Assembly: GCF_044704955.1 (NCBI RefSeq) | Contig: NC_091988.1 | Coordinates: 191,890,001 to 191,954,000 of the forward strand | Origin: Pristiophorus japonicus | Taxonomy: Eukaryota | Length of the DNA stretch: 64,000 nt | Direction of reading: 5' to 3' | In this document: piece after piece, positions 12,016 to 24,318 of the stretch | Numbering within the stretch: position 1 is the first letter of the stretch | Layout of the letters: the number at the start of each line of letters is the position of its first letter | Program-made: the position numbers and the translations under genes | The notes under the pieces: model-generated | Told to the model about the DNA's origin: nothing | The model's database searches: none | The model's input: only the letters and a program-made list of their open reading frames with translations

Positions 12016-12594
12016 GCACCTTCTGCACCTACTGCAACACTGCCCTCAGCATTCACTCATCTACCGTCAATGGTCATCCATTGCTGCTCTGCTACCTTAT
12101 TCCCCACAATCTGAAATAAATTTTCCGGCCTACGTTCAGATACATTGCAATAAATTCACTCACCTACCTTGCGGTCATATGTCAACAATGTTCCTCTTCA
12201 GATCCTCTTCCACCTCCTCTAAAACAAAGCAGAAAGCAAAGAAAACCTAGAGTGATTCCCAGCTTCTGAATTTTGGTTACAACTTAAATGCAAGGGAAGA
12301 AAATAACCCCCAAAATTAAAAAACTAATGCACCAAAAGTTTTACAGAAAGATACAGAAATAACGAATCCAAGGGACAAAACAGTAATTACAAATACTCCA
12401 GCTCTCAAAGGCCACAATGGGCTATGCCAGCAATTCCCATTTTACATGTGCTCAGCAGAAACACAAGTCCAATATCTCCACAGAGATCTCCTCAGTCTCT
12501 TACTGTAACTTTCACAGGAAACTGGGGGAACCTCCATGGAATTTCAGTGCCACAGTGTGTTCCTAACAAGAAAGCCAGGATGTGCGACTTGAGT

Positions 12595-13652
12595 CATAAG
12601 AGCATAAGAACATAAGAAATAGGAGCCGGAGTAGGCCATTTGGCCCCTCGAGCCTGCTCCACCATTCAATATGATCATGGCTGATCTGATCATGGACTCA
12701 GCTCCAATTCTCTGCCCGCTCCCCATAACCCTTTATTCCCTTATTGCTCAAAAATCTATTTATCTCCGCCTTAAATATATTCAATGACCCAGCCTCCACA
12801 GCTCTCTGGGGCAGAGAATTCAATAGATTTACAACCCCCTGAGAAGAAATTCCTCCTCCTCTCAATTTTAAATGGATGGCCCCTTATTCTGAGACTATGT
12901 TCCCTAGTTTTATTTTCCCCGATGAATGGAAATATCTTCTCTGCACCCACCTTGTCGGGACCCCTCATTATCTTATATGTTTCGATACAATCACTCATCC
13001 TTCTGATCTCCAATGAGTACAGGCCCAACCTACTCAGCCTATCTTCATAAGTCAACCCCCTCATCTCCAGAATCAACCTAGTGAACCTTCTCTGAACTGC
13101 CTCCAATGCAAGTATATCCTTCTGTAAATATGGAGACCAAAACTGAATGCAGTATTCCAGGTGTGGCATCACCAATACACTGTACAGTTGCAGCAGGACT
13201 TCTCTGCTTTTATACTCTATCCCCCTTGCAATAAAGGGCAACATTTAATTTGCCTTCCTGATTACTTGCTGTACCTGTAACTTTTTTGTTTCATGCACAA
13301 GTACCCCCAGGTCCCTCTGTACTGCGACACTTTGCAATCTTTCTCCATTTAAATTATAAATTGCTTTTTTATTTTTTCTGCCAAAGTGGATAACCTCACA
13401 TTTTCCCATATTATACTCCATCTGCCAAACTTTTGCACACTCACTTTGCCTGTCTATATCACTTTGCAGATTTTTTGTGTCCTCCTTACAATTTACTTTC
13501 CCATCTATCTTTGTCTCATCAGCAAACTTGACTACTTTACACTTGGTTCCTTCATCCAAGTCATTAATATAGATTGTAAATAGTTGAGGCCCCAGCACCG
13601 ATCCCAGCGGCATCCCACTAGTTACTGTTTGCCAAAAGACCCATTTATCCCG
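12595..13652 (-). mobile_element. CR1 LINE, 5'-truncated
   Basis: ORFs with [17 protein letters not shown]...KFADETK and PHLEYCIQFWSPYL; (CATAAGAA)n tail. Confidence 0.95.
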
Positions 13653-14212
13653 AAATTGGTGAAAGCTAAGTTCAGCCCAAGTCCCGTCCAATGGACCACT
13701 AAGATCCTGATGGTACTTTGGGCAGAAGTTTCATGAGAAAATCTGGGAAAGTCAGCCTGGCTGCAAAAATGGGCCTTGCAAGCCGATTCTGGGCTGCAGT
13801 GGGCGGTAGCTCCCATTCTGGGCGGCAAATGCGATCTTCGGCAAAGTACCGCTGAGGATTGAGTCTGGCCCAGGGAGGGGGCAGCTGATAAAATAAAAAC
13901 ATTTCAAAACATTAAAACAATGTCTGTAATCTGGTGGGACGTTGTGAAGAAGCCTCCGTTGTTCAGACAGTTTCCAGGACAAACCCCTTCCTTTCTATTG
14001 CACGCAAGAATGCTGGCATTTAAATAACAGCTCAAGCCCTTTTATTCAGCCTTCACGGTGGAGTTGATGCCAAGCCTGCACTGGGCCACTCACTATTTAA
14101 GAGAAGATCGAATTGAATAGTCAAAATATGAAACCATGAATTCAGGAGTAAATGACCACATGAGTGCCGTCAGCAGAAACTATTAAATCGGACTGTTTAT
14201 ACCTCTTTTACA

Positions 14213-14347
14213 ACATAAGAATTAAGAGCAGGAGTAGGCCATTCGAGCCTGCTCCGCCATTGAATAAGATAATGGCTGATCTTCTACCTCAACTCCACTT
14301 TCCTGCACTATTTCCATATCCCTTGATTCCCTTAATATTCAAAAATA
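14213..14347 (-). mobile_element. CR1 3'UTR fragment
   Basis: ACATAAGAATTAAGAGCAGGAGTAGGCC tail; KGYGNSAGKWS* ORF end. Confidence 0.85.
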
Positions 14348-14429
14348 TTCCACTTCGAGCAGAATTTTTTTTACTTATTGTTTTTTTTGTCTGTAAACAA
14401 TATAAGGCTCCCATCATCGACAGATATAT

Positions 14430-17179
14430 TAGAAACATAGAAACATAGAAAATAGGTGCAGGAGTAGGCCATTCGGCCCTTCTAGCCTGCACCGCCATTC
14501 AATGAGTTCATGGCTGAACATGCAATTTCAGTACCCCATTCCTGCTTTCACGCCATACCCCTTGATCCCCCTAGTAGTAAGGACTTCATCGAACTCCTTT
14601 TTGAATATATTTAGTGAATTGGCCTCAACAACTTTCTGTGGTAGAGAATTCCACAGGTTCACCACGCTCTGGGTGAAGAAGTTTCTCCTCATCTCGGTCC
14701 TAAATGGCTTACCCCTTATGCTTACACTGTGACCCCTGGTTCTGGACTTCCCCAACATTGGGAACATTCTTCCTGCATCTAACCTGTCTAAACCCATCAG
14801 AATTTTAAACGTTTCTATGAGGTCCCCTCTCATTCTTCTGAACTCCAGTGAATACAAGCCCAGTTGATCCAGTCTTTCTTGATATGTCAGTTCCGCCATC
14901 CCGTGAATCAGTCTGGTGAACCTTCGCTGCACTCCCTCAATAGCAAGAATGTCCTTCCTCAGGTTAGGAGACCAAAACTGTACACAATACTCCAGGTGTG
15001 GCCTCACCAAGGCCCTGTACAACTGTAGAAATACCTCCCTGCCCCTGTACTCAAATCCCGTCGCTATGAAGGCCAACATGCCATTTGCTTTCTTAACCGC
15101 CTGCTGTACCTGCATGCCAACCTTCAATGACTGATGTACCATGACACCCAGGTCTCGTTGCACCTCCCCTTTTCCTAATCTGTCACCATTCAGATAATAG
15201 TCTGTCTCTCTGTTTTTACCACCAAAGTGGATAACCTCACATTTATCCACATTATACTTCATCTGCCATGCATTTGCCCACTCACCGAACCTATCCAAGT
15301 CGCTCTGCAGCCTCATAGCATCCTCCTCGCAGCTCACACTGCCACCCAACTTAGTGTCATCCGCAAATTTGGAGATACTACATTTAATCCCCTCGTCTAA
15401 ATCATTAATGTACAGTGTAAACAGCTGGGGCCCCAGCACAGAACCTTGCGGTACCCCACTAGTCACTGCCTGCCATTCTGAAAAGTCCCCATTTACTCCT
15501 ACTCTTTGCTTCCTGTCTGCCAACCAGTTCTCAATCCATGTCAGCACACTACCCCCAATCCCATGTGCTTTAACTTTGCACATTAATCTCTTGTGTGGGA
15601 CCTTGTCGAAAGCCTTCTGAAAGTCCAAATATACCACATCAACTGGTTCTCCCTTGTCCACCCTACTGGAAACATCCTCAAAAAATTCCAGAAGATTTGT
15701 CAAGCATGATTTCCCTTTCACAAATCCATGCTGACTTGGACCTATCATGTCATCTCTTTCCAAATGCACTGCTATGACATCCTTAATAATTGATTCCATC
15801 ATTTTACCCACTACCGATGTCAGGCTGACCGGTCTATAATTCCCTGTTTTCTCTCTCCCTCCTTTTTTAAAAAGTGGGATTACATTGGCTACCCTCCACT
15901 CGATAAGAACTGATCCAGAGTCAATGTAATGTTGGAAAATGACTGTCAATGCATCCGCTATTTCCAAGGCCACCTCCTTAATACTCTGGGATGCAGTCCA
16001 TCAGGCCCTGGGGATTTATCGGCCTTCAATCCCATCAATTTCCCCAACACAATTTCCCGACTAATATTGATTTGCCTCAGCTCCTCCTCCTTACTAGACA
16101 CTCTGACCCCTTTTATATCAGGAAGGTTGTTTGTGTCCTCCTTAATGAATACCGAACCAAAGTACTTGTTCAATTGGTCCGCCATTTCTTTGTTCCCCGT
16201 TATGACTTCCCCTGATTCTGACTGCAGGGGACCTACGTTTGTCTTTACTAACCTTTTTCTCTTTACCTATCTATAGAAACTTTTGCAATCCGTCTTAATG
16301 TTCCCTGCAAGCTTCTTCTCGTACTCCATTTTCCCTGCCCTAATCAAACCCTTTGTCCTCCTCTGCTGAGTTCTAAATTTCTCCCAGTCCCCGGGTTCAC
16401 TGCTATTTCTGGCCAATTTGTATGCCACTTCCTTGGCTTTAATACAATCCCTGATGTCCCTTGATAGCCACGGTTGAGCCACCTTCCCTTTTTTATTTTT
16501 ACGCCAGACAGGAATGTACAATTGTTGTAGTTCATCCATGCGGTCTCTAAATGTCTGCCATTGCCCATCCAAATCAACCCCTTAAGTATCATTCGCTAAT
16601 CTATCCTAGTCAATTCACGCCTCATACCTTCAAAGTTACCCTTCTTTAAGTTCTGGACCATGGTCTCTGAATTAACTGTTTCATTCTCCATCCTAATGCA
16701 GAATTCCACCATATTATGGTCACTCTTCCCCAAGGGGCCTCGCACAACGAGATTGCTAATTAATCCCCTCTCATTACACCACACCCAGTCTAAGATGGCC
16801 TCCCTCCTAGTTGGTTCCTCGACATATTGGTCTAGAAAACCATCCCTTATGCACTCCAGGAAATCCTCCTCCACCGTATTGCTTCCAGTTTGGTTAGCCC
16901 AATCTATGTGCATATTAAAGTCACCCATTATAACTGCTGCACCCTTATTGCATGCACCCCTAATTTCCTGTTTGATGCCCTCCCCAACATCACTACTACT
17001 GTTTGGAGGTCTGTACACAACTCCCACTAACGTTGTTTGCCCTTTGGTGTTCTGTAGCTCTACCCATATAGATTCCACATCATCCAAGCTAATGTCCTTC
17101 CTAACTATTGCATTAATCTCCTCCTTAACCAGCAATGCTACCCCACCTCCTTTTCCTTTTATTCTATCCTTCCTGAATG
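14430..17179 (-). mobile_element. Young CR1 LINE (2.75 kb; APE endonuclease + RT)
   Basis: EN motifs GGGVALLVK, VYRPP, MGDFN, SDHN (16596-17204); RT ORF 14528-15973; frameshifts near 16570 and 15981 and a stop near 16267. Confidence 0.97.
14528..15973 (-). CDS. CR1 ORF2 reverse transcriptase portion (481 aa open, separated from EN by a frameshift)
   Basis: YRPVSLTS, DFQKAFDKV, GVPQGSVLGP and FADDTK motifs. Confidence 0.85.
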   Translation of the reverse strand: MALEIADALTVIFQHYIDSGSVLIEWRVANVIPLFKKGGREKTGNYRPVSLTSVVGKMMESIIKDVIAVHLERDDMIGPSQHGFVKGKSCLTNLLEFFEDVSSRVDKGEPVDVVYLDFQKAFDKVPHKRLMCKVKAHGIGGSVLTWIENWLADRKQRVGVNGDFSEWQAVTSGVPQGSVLGPQLFTLYINDLDEGIKCSISKFADDTKLGGSVSCEEDAMRLQSDLDRFGEWANAWQMKYNVDKCEVIHFGGKNRETDYYLNGDRLGKGEVQRDLGVMVHQSLKVGMQVQQAVKKANGMLAFIATGFEYRGREVFLQLYRALVRPHLEYCVQFWSPNLRKDILAIEGVQRRFTRLIHGMAELTYQERLDQLGLYSLEFRRMRGDLIETFKILMGLDRLDAGRMFPMLGKSRTRGHSVSIRGKPFRTEMRRNFFTQSVVNLWNSLPQKVVEANSLNIFKKEFDEVLTTRGIKGYGVKAGMGY

Positions 17180-17527
17180 GCAACAGGTAGGTTGGTGAAT
17201 ACAAAATCAGATAGATTATTTCCTCATGTTGGTTCCCTCATCACCTGACATCGGGCCAGTCTTCCAGATATCCCAGCTATTTGGGAACCTTGCAGGGCTC
17301 CGCAGCTTTCAAAAATAAACCATGATCAAGTTTGGCAATTTTCTTTTAAAAGATGGGTTTGAATGAAGGTGGCTCACTGGATCTCATCGCTCCAGAATAC
17401 TGAACTCAGTATTGACTTTGTCCTTCTCCATTTTCCATCTCCGTCTTTCTATGATGTTCGGGTCTTCTTCTCTCCATGTTCCTCAACCGTGTTCTTTCCC
17501 GACACACTGCACCACCGCAATATTGAT

Positions 17528-17693
17528 TTGTTAGACAGTTTCTTAACCGATAAGGGAATAAGGGGTTATGGGGAGCGGGCAGGGAATTGAACCTGAGTTC
17601 AGGATCGGATCAGCCATGATCGTATTCAATGGCGGAGCAGGCTCGAGGGGCCGTATGGCCTACTCCTGTTCCTATGTCTTATGTGCTTATGTT
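17528..17693 (+). mobile_element. CR1 3' end fragment
   Basis: LDSFLTDKGIRGYGERAGN* followed by CR1 3'UTR and CTTATG tail. Confidence 0.85.
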
Positions 17694-18448
17694 AAATGGG
17701 TTAACGTCTCCGCTAAGAGAGTGGGCTGAGGCGCATCACAAATACTTTAAGATACATTAATAGGCCATGAGGCTTTGTTCCTCTGAACAGTAATTTTCTG
17801 GCTATTTCTCTCCCATCTCCAGTTCTCGAAAATGGCATTTCTGAATATGTTTCTGATTCTGGGCTTTAATAATAATGTGGTTTATACAAATTCCCTCTTA
17901 AACTACTTTAAAAAATCCTTAGTTCTAAAATTATAGGATACTGAACAATATTAATAGTGTTTTCTGGGAAATTTGATAGAGGACAGAGGATAAGGGAAAT
18001 ATTCGCTCATACATGCTCTTGAAAATTGCAATATCCCTTTTCCTGGATCGCTTATTATCAGCCTATTTGCAAATCTGTGGCATAAAAAAAAATCTTTCAG
18101 ATTTTCCATTGATTAATGTCTTTTGGCTTTTCTTTAAGGGAATATTTCATATTTTGGTTATTGTTCCTCCCCAGCCCAATTATTAATTATTTCCTCCCCA
18201 TGAAGCATTCCCAGACATGGAGCAGACAACCCGAGTTCCAATCCTCGACAACGCCCCATCCGTACCCAGCCACCGTTAGGAAATGCAGGACATGGATTGT
18301 TATTGGGCCCCCCCCCTGATTTTACCTCCTTTCCTGTGGGAATTCACCTGACAGTAGAGCTGAGATCATAAGGACATACCAAATAGGAGCTGGAGTAGGG
18401 CATTGGGCCCTTCGAGCCTGTTCCGCCATTCAACAGGATCATGTCTGA

Positions 18449-19233
18449 TAGAAACATAGACATAGAAACATCGAAAATAGGAGCAGCAGTAGGCCATTCG
18501 GCCCTTTGAGCCAGCACCACCATTCAATAAGATCATGGCTGAACATTCACTTCAGTACCCCTTTCCTGCTTTTTCTCCATACCCCTTAATCCCTCTAGCC
18601 GTAAGAGCCACATCTAACTCCCTCTTGAATATATCCAATGAACTGGCATCAACAATTCTCTGCGGTAGAGAATTCCACAAGCTAACAACTTTCTAAGTGA
18701 AGAAGTTTCTCCTCATCTCGGTCCTAAATGGTCTACCCCTTATCCTTAGAATGTGATCCCTGGTTCTGGACTTCCCCAACATCGGGAACATTCTTCCTGC
18801 ATCTAACCTGTCCAGTCCCATCAGAATCTTATATGTTTCTATGAGATCCCCTCGCATTCTTCTAAACTCCAGTGAATACAGGCCCAGTCGATTCAGTCTC
18901 TCCTCATATGTCAGTCCTGCCATCCCGGGAATCAGTCTGGTGAACCTTCGCTGCACTCCCTCAATAGCAAGAATGTCTTTCCTCAGATTAGGAGACCAAA
19001 ACTGAACACAATATTCCAGGTGAGGCCTCACTAAGGCCCTGTGCAATTGCATTAAGACCTCCCTGCTCCTATACTCAAATTCCCTAGCTATGAAGACCAA
19101 CATACCATTTGCCTTCTTCACCGCCTGCTGTACCTGCATGCCAACTTTCAATGACTGATGAACCATGACACCCAGGTCTCGTTGCACCTCCCCTTTTCCT
19201 AATCTGCCGCCATTCATATAATATTCTGCCTTC
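18449..19233 (-). mobile_element. CR1 3' fragment inserted into the 3'UTR of another CR1
   Basis: 180-aa ORF 18693-19235 (RPHLEYCVQFWSP...RRNFFT); ATAGAAAC tail. Confidence 0.92.
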
Positions 19234-19715
19234 ATTATACTGCATCAGCCATGCATCTTCTACCTTCCTGCATATCCCTTAATTCCCCAAAATTTATTGA
19301 CCTCTGTCTTGAATATACTCAATGACTGAGCATCCACAGCTCTGTTTGAGGGAAGAAATTTCTCCTCATCTCAGTCCTAAATGGCCGACCCCTTATTCTG
19401 AGACTGTGATCCCTGGTTCTAGATTCCTCAGCCAGGGGAGCCATTTCTCAGCATTAACCCTATCAAGCCCCTTAAAAATTTTGTATTTTTCAATGAGATC
19501 ACCTCTCATTCTTCTAAACTCTAGGGAATATAGGCCTAGTCTACCCAATCTCTCCTCATAGGGAAATCCCCTCATCCCAGGAACCAGTCAAGTGAACCTT
19601 TGTGGCACTCCCTCTAAGGTAAGTATGTCTTTCCTTAGATAAGGAGACCAGAACCGTGCACAGTACTCCAGGTATGGCCTCACCCATGCTTTGTATAATT
19701 GTAGCAAGACTTTTT

Positions 19716-20534
19716 GGGGCCGAAATTGCCCCCCGCCGGAAACGTGGCGCACTTACCGTGTTTGAGCTGTTTTCTCCATCGCAGTGGGTATAGTGGGCTC
19801 TTTCGGGAAATTCCGCTCATTGGCTTTTTTTTCCCCGAGCGGCCCGGAAGTCGGTCGTAATGGGGGGGATGTGCAGCGGAGAGTGGAAGTTCGCACACTA
19901 AAGGGGCGGAAGTTGGGGTCAGGCAGCGTGTCCACCGCTCTCAGTCATTAGCACGCATGTGCGTCACCGTGCCTCTCCCCTTCACTTAAAGGGGAGGGCC
20001 TCTGTGAGCGCTGCGATTGTTTACGTTTGGTCCACTGGGCCACCAGGGAGGGTTTCGGCTGGGCCAGAAGCCTGGCACCCAAGAGGGGGTGCAAGGCTGC
20101 CTGTTGGCAGCCCGGCCGAACCCGGGGCCATAATTGTCGGCTCGACCTGGCAGTCGGACGACATAAAAAGTAAGTTGGCGACTGTGGCAGTGCGCCCTCC
20201 CTTTAGTAGTGGCCGCATCGCCACTTTGAACAGACTGCAAGCAGAGTGCACTGACAGAAAAAGCTGCAGCAACATTTTCTCGGCAGAATTTTACATCGGG
20301 GGGTGGGGGCGGGGGAATCATCGGTGGTGCATGCTCTGATGACACACTTAGGACGGATTGGCAGCAGCGGGGCAGAAGTCAGGGGGAGCGGGTCAGCGCC
20401 AGGATACTGCATGGCAGAATTTTCAAAATGGCGGTCATTCCACAAAAAATCGGCGGTCATTGCACTCCACAGCTTGGCCGCCGATTACGGCGGTAATAAT
20501 TACGGCCTTAAGGGAAAGGGACAATTTCGGCCCC
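19716..20534. mobile_element. GC-rich non-autonomous Harbinger-like DNA transposon
   Basis: Perfect 13-bp TIR GGGGCCGAAATTG / CAATTTCGGCCCC; splits a CR1; 3-bp flanks TTT/CTT. Confidence 0.85.
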
Positions 20535-21675
20535 CTTTACTGTACCATGAACATACCCATTTGCTTTCCTAATTGCTTGCTGTACCTGCATGTTAACTTT
20601 CTGTGATTCAGGTACAAGGACACCCAGATCCCTCTGAATGCAAATATTTCCCAGTCGCTCACCATTCAAAAAAATTATGCTTTTTTTTTCCCACCAAAGT
20701 AGATAACTTCACATTGTATTCCATTTGCCATGTTCTTGCCCACTCAGTCAACCTGTCTACGTCCTCCTCACAGCTTAACTTTCCCACCTAACTTTGTATC
20801 ATCAGCAAACTTGGATATGTTAGACTCAGTCACTTTATCTAAGTCATTAATACAGATTGTAAATAGCTGAGGCCCCAGCACCGATCCTTGCTGTACCCCG
20901 CTAGTTACAGCCTGCCAACCCGAAAAAGTCTCGTTTATTCCTACTCTCTGTTTCCTGTCCATTAACCGATCCTCAATCCATGCCAATATATTGCCCTCAA
21001 TCCCATTCGTCCTAATTTTGTGTAATAACCTCTTGTGTGGCACCTTGTCGAATGATTTTTGAAAATCCAAATACACTACATCCACTGGTTCCCCCTTATT
21101 CATCCTTCTATTTACATCTTCAAAATAACTCTAACAGATCGTGATCGTACAGTGCACCATACAACATCTACTGCTTTGGCCCAATCAGTGACCAGCACTA
21201 CAGCACTGCCCTATTGGTTGGTATTGAACAGGTATTGCTAAGCTGAACTGCTGCAGCCATGTGCAGGTCTTAGTTAAGGGTCTTTCTTATGCAGGGTAAG
21301 GTTCTTCTATAATCGAATCTCAGCCAGCGCTAAGGGTTAGATTTGTTCAATGTGATGTCTGCAACAATGAGCTTTCTCTGAAAATAACCTTATAGGCAAC
21401 AATGTCATTAACAATTAAAATAAAACAAAATATCTATTCGATCAGGATTTTTCCAACTCACGTGGCTCTTGCTGTGTCATGACAACGCAGCTGTTCAAAT
21501 ACTTGCTCAATCCTCTTCCTGATGGTGAGATTGTCCTCTGGCTACACCCAATGTTTCAATCCATCAGCTGTGTCCAAGATGAGTGATGCAGATCTATAAT
21601 AGTGCCGTGTTAATTTTTCCTCCGTGGTCTCTTCGTATCTTCAGTGAGAGACTGAGAAGGAAAAATTCTAAATTA

Positions 21676-22101
21676 ACAACAACAACTTGCAGTTATATAG
21701 CGCCATCGTAGTTTAAAAATGTCCCAAGGTGCTTTACAGAGACGTAATCAGAAACAAATGCCTGAGCCTGAGGCAAAGAAGGAGATATTAGGAGGGGTGA
21801 GCAAAAAGCATGGTCAAAGCGGTGGGCTTCAAGGAGCATCTTAATGGAGAAGAGTGAAGTGGAGAGGCTGAGGGTGGGAACCCCAGAGCATGCGGCCTAG
21901 ACAGCTGAAGGCGGAGCCACCAATGCTGGGGTGAAGGGAGGGATGGATGCACAAAAAGGCCAGCGTCAGAGGAACAGAGAGTTGAAGGGGTGGGGGGTGG
22001 GGGGTGGGGGGGGGGGGAAGGGTTATAGAGCTGAAGGAGGTTACAGAAATAGGGACGGGCAAGGCCATGAAACGATTTAAACACAAGGGCGAGAATTTTA
22101 A
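21676..22101 (-). mobile_element. L2 LINE 3' fragment
   Basis: AACAACAACAACTTGCA tail; FKILALVFKSFHGLARPY. Confidence 0.88.
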
Positions 22102-23534
22102 AAGAACGACACCAGTTAGCGTAGACTGCATATGAAGGATTTGCTGGGGGTAAGGGTGCTCCAATGCAGCTATAATGTCCATCGTTACTGAAATACAAGT
22201 TTCAGGACAGAAAAAAAAGGCACATTTTAATTTGTTGCTACTTCAGGTCTCAGTCACAGGGCAGAAGTACAGATGAATCAAACCATAGTGTGAGCATCAG
22301 TTTTATTTTTAAAAAAATACACTGTGTGAAAGCTACTGTGCCAGGGGTTTGGGGCCTAAGAAGAATCTGAGCCACATTCTAGGCCATGTCCTTTGTGAAA
22401 TGACAGAGAAACTTAAACTACGTATATTCTTAACTCTCAAAGAAGATTTAAGTTATAAGATTTGAAATTCCTGACTCAACAGGAATAAATAAACCCATTT
22501 ATATCTAACTCCATGACTGCAAGGATAAAGTTAGTGAATGTGAGAGTAATATTAATGCTAGGAATGAAACATTTTTCCAATTTTTGCATCCAGTGTCAGC
22601 ATCAAGTGCTCCCAGGTTGGTATCTAGCACGGATTAGATGCAGAGCAAAGCTCCCCCCACCCCCCACCTACTCTGCCCCCATAAAGTATCCTAACCCCAA
22701 CCTTCACAGGGCTCTCCCTGTTGCACCAGTATCACATTTAATTTCCTGCGCAGGCAATCCTTCGGCCTCCAGACTGCAATGTTAGCACGGAAATATGGAC
22801 AGTTTTGTGCTGGGGACTTGCTTCCCTCTCGGAGAATTGCTCAAACGCAACAGAGACGAAAAGAAAAACTGTGAGTTCTGAAAAACTGAAAGAAAAACAG
22901 AAAATGCATGGCAGGTCCAACAGTATCGGAACAGGAAAACACCTCGGGTCAGACCTGCTTACCTACACTCAGCAGTGAAAGGAGACTTTTATCTCGTCAG
23001 GGTCAGCTGGATTGGAATCTTGCCCAAGGGTGAAAGGTCATTGCTCTAATGGACTATAGCCTAGAAATGACTTTTAATGATATTAGCCTATAAATGTTTA
23101 CCTAAAATAAATACGATAATGCTTCTGCCAAAAGAGGGGATAACCGAATGCCACAAAATGTGTTGCGTTCACTGGAAATAAATAATTGCGAACGATAATT
23201 TTTTTAGGCTTATTCCAGAAAAGTATTCGCAATTATATAGTGCCTTAACGCATCTTTTAGAAATGCTCACAGGACGTCACATGCAATCGATTATTTTGCA
23301 GAGCAGTAATTGTTGTTAACAGGCACATGTGGCAGCCATTTGTTCTTACACAGGAAGATCCCACAGGCGGTAATGAAAGAATGAGCAGTTTAATTTGTAT
23401 TCGGTTGCGGCTCTTTGATACGTGTTCGCTTACCAGAAGAAGTCAATTCGTCGGCATTGACGACAATAACTATTTATATTCACCGTGCTTATGTGGAAAT
23501 CTGGTGTAATTGGAAATGATATAGTATTTATAAA

Positions 23535-24318
23535 TTGGGTTAACCTCCCTGCCCCCCCCGTCCCCACCCTGCCCCCCGCCCCCCTATTTTCCTAAACCGC
23601 GCCCCCCTGCCCCCACCCTTCCCCCCCGCCCCTACCCTTCCTCCCCGCCCCCAGCCTGCCCCCCACCCCCTGCCTCCCCGCCCCCCACCTTGCTAAACCC
23701 CACCCCACCCTGCCCCAATACCCCGCCTCCTCGCTTTGCTAAACCCCGCCCCCCGCCCCCACCCTGCCCCCTGCCCCCTATCTTCCTAAACCGCGCCCCC
23801 CTGCCCCCACCCTTCCCCCCCCGCCCCCACCCTTCCCCTCCCGCCCCTACCCTTCCTCCCCGCCCCCCCACCCCCCCCACCCCCAGCCTGCCCCCACCCT
23901 TCCCCCCCGCCCCTATCCTTCCTCCCCGCCCCCCCACCCCCGCCACCCCCAGCCTGTCCCCCACTCCCTGCCCCCCCGCCCCCCACCTTGCTAAACCCCA
24001 CCCCACCCTGCCCCAATACCCCGCCTCCTCGCTTTGCTAAACCCCGCCCCCTGCCTCCCCTGCCCCCACCCTTCCCCCCCCCGCCCCTACCCTTCCTCCC
24101 CGCCCCCCCACCCCCTTCCCCCCCGCCCCCCACCTTGCTAAACCCCACCCCACCCTGCCCCAATACTCCGCCTCCTCGCTTTGCTAAACCCCGCCCCCTG
24201 CCCCCACCCTGCCCCCCCGCCCCCCGTCCCCACCCTGCCCCCATCCCACCCCCTACCTTGCTAAACCCCGCCCCCTGCCCCCACCCTTCCTCTCCCCCGC
24301 CCTACCTTGCTAAACCCA
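23535..24318. repeat. C-rich compound minisatellite
   Basis: Oligo-C runs punctuated by about ten CTAAACC anchors; a ~65-bp block recurs at ~23688, ~23986 and ~24133. Confidence 0.9.

Larger units (their letters stand above)
18367..21136 (-). mobile_element. Older CR1 fragmented by two later insertions (pieces 18367-18448, 19245-19715, 20535-21136)
   Basis: Collinear CR1 3'[20 protein letters not shown] and RT ([17 protein letters not shown]...FADDTK) pieces. Confidence 0.8.

Noticed and set aside
22600-22745. Possible LF-SINE-like tail fragment (GCACGGATTAGATGCAGAGCAAAGCTCC)
   Set aside because: Too short and degraded to assign by eye.
23182-23236. 11-bp inverted repeat ATAATTGCGAA / TTCGCAATTAT as a pre-miRNA
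   Set aside because: Short AT-rich stem with a 33-nt loop; pairing does not extend.
23690-24318. CTAAACCC resembling the plant-type telomere repeat
   Set aside because: The motifs are isolated anchors, never tandem; no (TTAGGG)n array is present.
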